Virus record (IMG/VR): IMGVR_UViG_3300009678_000037
Span: 1 to 38,851 of that record
Source: a virus
Lineage: Duplodnaviria; Caudoviricetes
Direction: 5' to 3' (one strand)
DNA: 38,851 nt
Shown: positions 35,882 through 38,851 of the stretch, in pieces
Numbering within the stretch: position 1 is the first letter of the stretch
Layout: each line of letters opens with the position of its first letter
The notes under the pieces: generated by a model
Told to the model about the DNA's origin: nothing
The model's database searches: none
Seen by the model: the letters and a program-made list of their open reading frames with translations, nothing else
Made by a program: the position numbers and the translations under genes

Positions 35882-37309
35882 TCAGACTCTCCGATACCGG
35901 TTTAATGCTTCCCGATCGGCAAACAGATTTTGCAGGTTCAGGGCTCGTCCGAGAGGGGTTTGAACGTATGTGGCAGCACGGGCTACCGTTGTCCTGTTTC
36001 TTGCACAATGTTCGATTACCGTTTTAGATAATGCCAACATTCGGAAAGCATCAGCGGGGTGGGAGTGTTCGTCGTGCTTCGGCTCGCTGTTGAAGACCTT
36101 CGTAACCTCATCCCACTCATAATGGTAGCTTTCTAAGTGTTCCAAGCCTTTTACGACGCGCGGATTCCCGATATTAAACCACACAACCGGGATCATTGCA
36201 CGCACCGCCTGTATCCCCATCGCTACCCGCATGTTAGGCACGATATACGGGGCGAGTTTCCTAGCGATAAACCTATCCTGCGCAGAATACTTAGTTGCGA
36301 AGGTCTTATTCTTGGCATCATGGGGCAGGGCTGGGGTCCCAAAGGCATAGGGGAAGGTTTCCAGTTTATCGAGCCATTCGTCGGCATCAGAACCGGTGCC
36401 TTCGGTAAAGTCGATTATGTGGATTTCCCCATTGACGATTTGATAGAACCATATGGCCGTTGCATCGCTGTGGCCGATATCCCAGGCCGTGAATACCGGA
36501 AGATCCTCAATCCACGGCTCATCAAAGACGATTTGCTGGAAATGGTACTTATTCAGCTGGCGGCCGTAAATAGAGCCGAAATTGATGCCCTCCCAGCTGC
36601 AATAATACTCTTGGTCAATGATCTCATCTGCCACGCCTTCCAGTTTCTCGTTTTCAATCATCTCTTGCGTGATGATCGGCTCCCCGTTATTGCGGAAGGT
36701 ATCATTAATTGTTTTGAGGGAGGTAAACCACGCAGGTTGGCCTTGTACCTGTTTCCATTGCTTGTAGGCATGGTTTTTACCGCGTGGCGTGGTGATGAAG
36801 GCAGCAAAACCACCGTTCTCCAAAAGAATGGGACGAACGAAGTCCCAAGCTGCGGGGTCAGAAAGCGCCCATTCTGAGAAAATAACACCCAAGGGGTTAG
36901 CGCCCACAAGGCTGTTGTAATTGTCCGAGCCAACCACTTGATAAAATGATCCATTTTTCAGCTTCAATGTCATTTCGTTTTCGTTGGGGGTTTCCACCAT
37001 CTCCTTTGGGAAGGCTTGGTGGATGATTCGCCGTCCTGAGCTATCAATGCCGTTCCATACCACTTTCCGGCCTTGATTTAATGTCGGAAGTAAGTGCCAA
37101 TACGTCCCTGCGCGCATCTGGGAGGCTATGGCGAGCCCGTTAATAGAACAGCTATCCTTACCTGCGCGCCGATGCCACGTTAAAAATGCCCGCATTCGCT
37201 CCGGGAAGCCGCCCGTCCGGAACATATGGTCAAAAAACTGCTTTTGATGCGCCATCGGATGCCACTTGTTAGGTAGCTGGATGGTTTCATTAACCCGGTA
37301 GTCTCTCAT
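35882..37309 (-). CDS. terL: Terminase large subunit
   Basis: HRRAGKD, IFSEW, TTPRGKNH, AWDIG, HSHPADAFR. Confidence 0.93.
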   Translation of the reverse strand: MRDYRVNETIQLPNKWHPMAHQKQFFDHMFRTGGFPERMRAFLTWHRRAGKDSCSINGLAIASQMRAGTYWHLLPTLNQGRKVVWNGIDSSGRRIIHQAFPKEMVETPNENEMTLKLKNGSFYQVVGSDNYNSLVGANPLGVIFSEWALSDPAAWDFVRPILLENGGFAAFITTPRGKNHAYKQWKQVQGQPAWFTSLKTINDTFRNNGEPIITQEMIENEKLEGVADEIIDQEYYCSWEGINFGSIYGRQLNKYHFQQIVFDEPWIEDLPVFTAWDIGHSDATAIWFYQIVNGEIHIIDFTEGTGSDADEWLDKLETFPYAFGTPALPHDAKNKTFATKYSAQDRFIARKLAPYIVPNMRVAMGIQAVRAMIPVVWFNIGNPRVVKGLEHLESYHYEWDEVTKVFNSEPKHDEHSHPADAFRMLALSKTVIEHCARNRTTVARAATYVQTPLGRALNLQNLFADREALNRYRRV

Positions 37310-37884
37310 TGGTCATCGTCCCTAACGACGATCACGGCATTTTGAATGTCATTAGGGTTGGTCATCATTTCCCCTAGATTGATCTGGACATTAACCTGTC
37401 CCTTGCCACCGCCATGACCGATTTTCTGGTCCTGTGACGAGAAGTGTTTCAGCAACGAGACAATTTCGGGCCCGTGGTATTTCTTTTTTCTGATATGGCA
37501 GCCCTTTGACGTGACTATATCGACGGGTTCCTCTCCCAGTAGTTTCGGCATGTTGCGCATGATCTGATTTTCGATCCATTGGTCATTGATGATGCGTTGC
37601 GCGGCGACCTCTTTTTGCAGGTCGGCAATATAGGCGCGTGTGACCGGCTCGTTATACATCCTTTGCACCACCGGCACAGGCAAATCCATGAGCCTAGCGA
37701 TCTTCCTAAGGCTAGTCCCAGACAGCACGAATTCCAGCGCGAACTGTCGTTGGAAGGGGGTAAGTGAGACATACCCTTCTTCCCGTGCCTGTGCAACGCG
37801 GGCGCTAATCCCCTTGGGCTCTTTAGTCCACTGGGGTTCCTCATCGTTTACCAGCAACGCCGGCAGGTTATTTTCGGTATTCAT
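37306..37884 (-). CDS. terS: Putative terminase small subunit
   Basis: LTPFQRQFALEFV plus HTH; VNVQINL tail; directly upstream of TerL. Confidence 0.7.
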   Translation of the reverse strand: MNTENNLPALLVNDEEPQWTKEPKGISARVAQAREEGYVSLTPFQRQFALEFVLSGTSLRKIARLMDLPVPVVQRMYNEPVTRAYIADLQKEVAAQRIINDQWIENQIMRNMPKLLGEEPVDIVTSKGCHIRKKKYHGPEIVSLLKHFSSQDQKIGHGGGKGQVNVQINLGEMMTNPNDIQNAVIVVRDDDQ

Positions 37885-38156
37885 CTGTTGGTTCCTTTCA
37901 TCTGCCGTACTAACCCGGCCATATTGCTCATTTCAGGGCCGCCGAGTATCCCGTAATACCGTTCCCATCGCGTCCGCTTTATCCGGGAAATGATCTGGCA
38001 CAAATCGGCCATCGCTTCCTCGTTACTCGCACGACGCAAATGCCGTGCCAAAGGCGTATAGAAAAGCCAATCGCTAGGGATCACGACCTCCCCAAAGCCC
38101 TCGATTCGATACGGCGCGGCCATCCGCCGCTTATACCACATGGGGTCACGGGCCAC
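37881..38156 (-). CDS. Hypothetical protein (91 aa)
   Basis: ATGA coupling to TerS; start uncertain. Confidence 0.55.
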   Translation of the reverse strand: MARDPMWYKRRMAAPYRIEGFGEVVIPSDWLFYTPLARHLRRASNEEAMADLCQIISRIKRTRWERYYGILGGPEMSNMAGLVRQMKGTNR

Positions 38157-38343
38157 AAGCGATAATTTACGCGCGGAGTCTCATGCGTGGTGATATAGGG
38201 TTTAGGGCATAGGAAAAAGGGACGTGGATTTTGGGGATTTTCTGTTGTTTTCGTTTTCTGCGTCCGGGGGTGGAGCTAGCTAGCCAGCGCCCCCACTTTT
38301 TCCGGGCCCTACCCCCCTCGCCTTTTCTTCGGCTTTCCTTCGG

Positions 38344-38455
38344 GATACCTGATACCGCATATCGTATACCGTATATGGGATATCGCATATCGTATACGAT
38401 ATATGGCATACCGTATAACGCATACCGTATAACGCATACCGTAGAACGTATGCCA
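38344..38455. repeat. Array of 16 degenerate heptamers (consensus YATAYCG)
   Basis: GATACCT GATACCG CATATCG TATACCG ... strict 7-bp period. Confidence 0.9.
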
Positions 38456-38728
38456 GCCGACCACGGTTTAACGCAGTCTTAACAAACGTCTGTAAGGCCC
38501 GCGCGTGGGTGGGGTGGGGCTACCCCACAGGGTATGGGGGGTGTCGGCCGTGGTGGGCGTCCTAGAGCGTTCTAGAGGCATGGCCTTTGGGGGGGTTCAT
38601 GCGACGAAAGCGGCCCCCGGACGGGGCTGCGCGGCCCTCAGAGGGCCGACCGCCGTACCCGGTGCGATGGTGCCGGGAGCCCTGAGCGTGAGGCGTGGCG
38701 GGCCGTCTGGGCGGCGTGGGGCTCTGGC

Positions 38729-38851
38729 GCGTGGGGCTCGCACGGGGGGCGGCCTTCCGCCGTTCCCCGGCCCGATCCGGTCCCTTCTCTGGGGTCTAAG
38801 CTGTGACCCCAAACGCTGCCCCAAAGGTCAACGATATCAAGGGCTTACGGA
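38729..38851. repeat. Terminal direct repeat, right copy
   Basis: Identical to 1-123. Confidence 0.95.

Noticed and set aside
38344-38455. CRISPR-like array
   Set aside because: 7-bp tandem units with no spacers; no cas genes
38167-38482. ORFs with YRIPY-type repeats on both strands
   Set aside because: They are translations of the heptamer DNA array; no convincing RBS
38597-38824. 75-aa Pro/Arg-rich ORF
   Set aside because: Composition typical of GC-rich non-coding DNA; no RBS

Overview
This window looks like a complete ~38.7 kb tailed (podovirus-like) phage genome. Bases 1-123 are repeated exactly at 38729-38851, which is either a circular-assembly overlap or a terminal repeat. There are two convergent arms that meet at a GAAA-loop terminator near 17.6 kb. 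The + arm carries ~30 small early genes (including DUF932) behind six sigma70-type promoters, then a replication module: SNF2 helicase, SSB-like protein, Lar, family-A DNA polymerase, PrimPol-PriCT2-SF3 primase/helicase and a PD-(D/E)xK nuclease. It ends with a stand-alone secreted-protein cassette. The - arm carries TerS, TerL, portal, scaffold, major capsid, decoration protein, adaptor, nozzle, GNAT-like protein, four putative ejection proteins and a tail fibre with an S74 chaperone. I recognised no integrase, repressor, RNA polymerase, tRNA, CRISPR array or endolysin. The strongest unexplained signals are cis-sites for host proteins that the phage does not encode: helically phased AlgR/LytTR-type boxes (ACCGTTCGTC) upstream of four early promoters, a perfect chromosomal-type parS 16-mer with no parAB, and paired IHF sites around an iteron-flanked AT-rich core. 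The polymerase also resembles phiVC8-type DpoZ, yet the genome has no recognisable purZ/datZ/mazZ. All family assignments come from motif recognition by eye and from memory; no searches were run.
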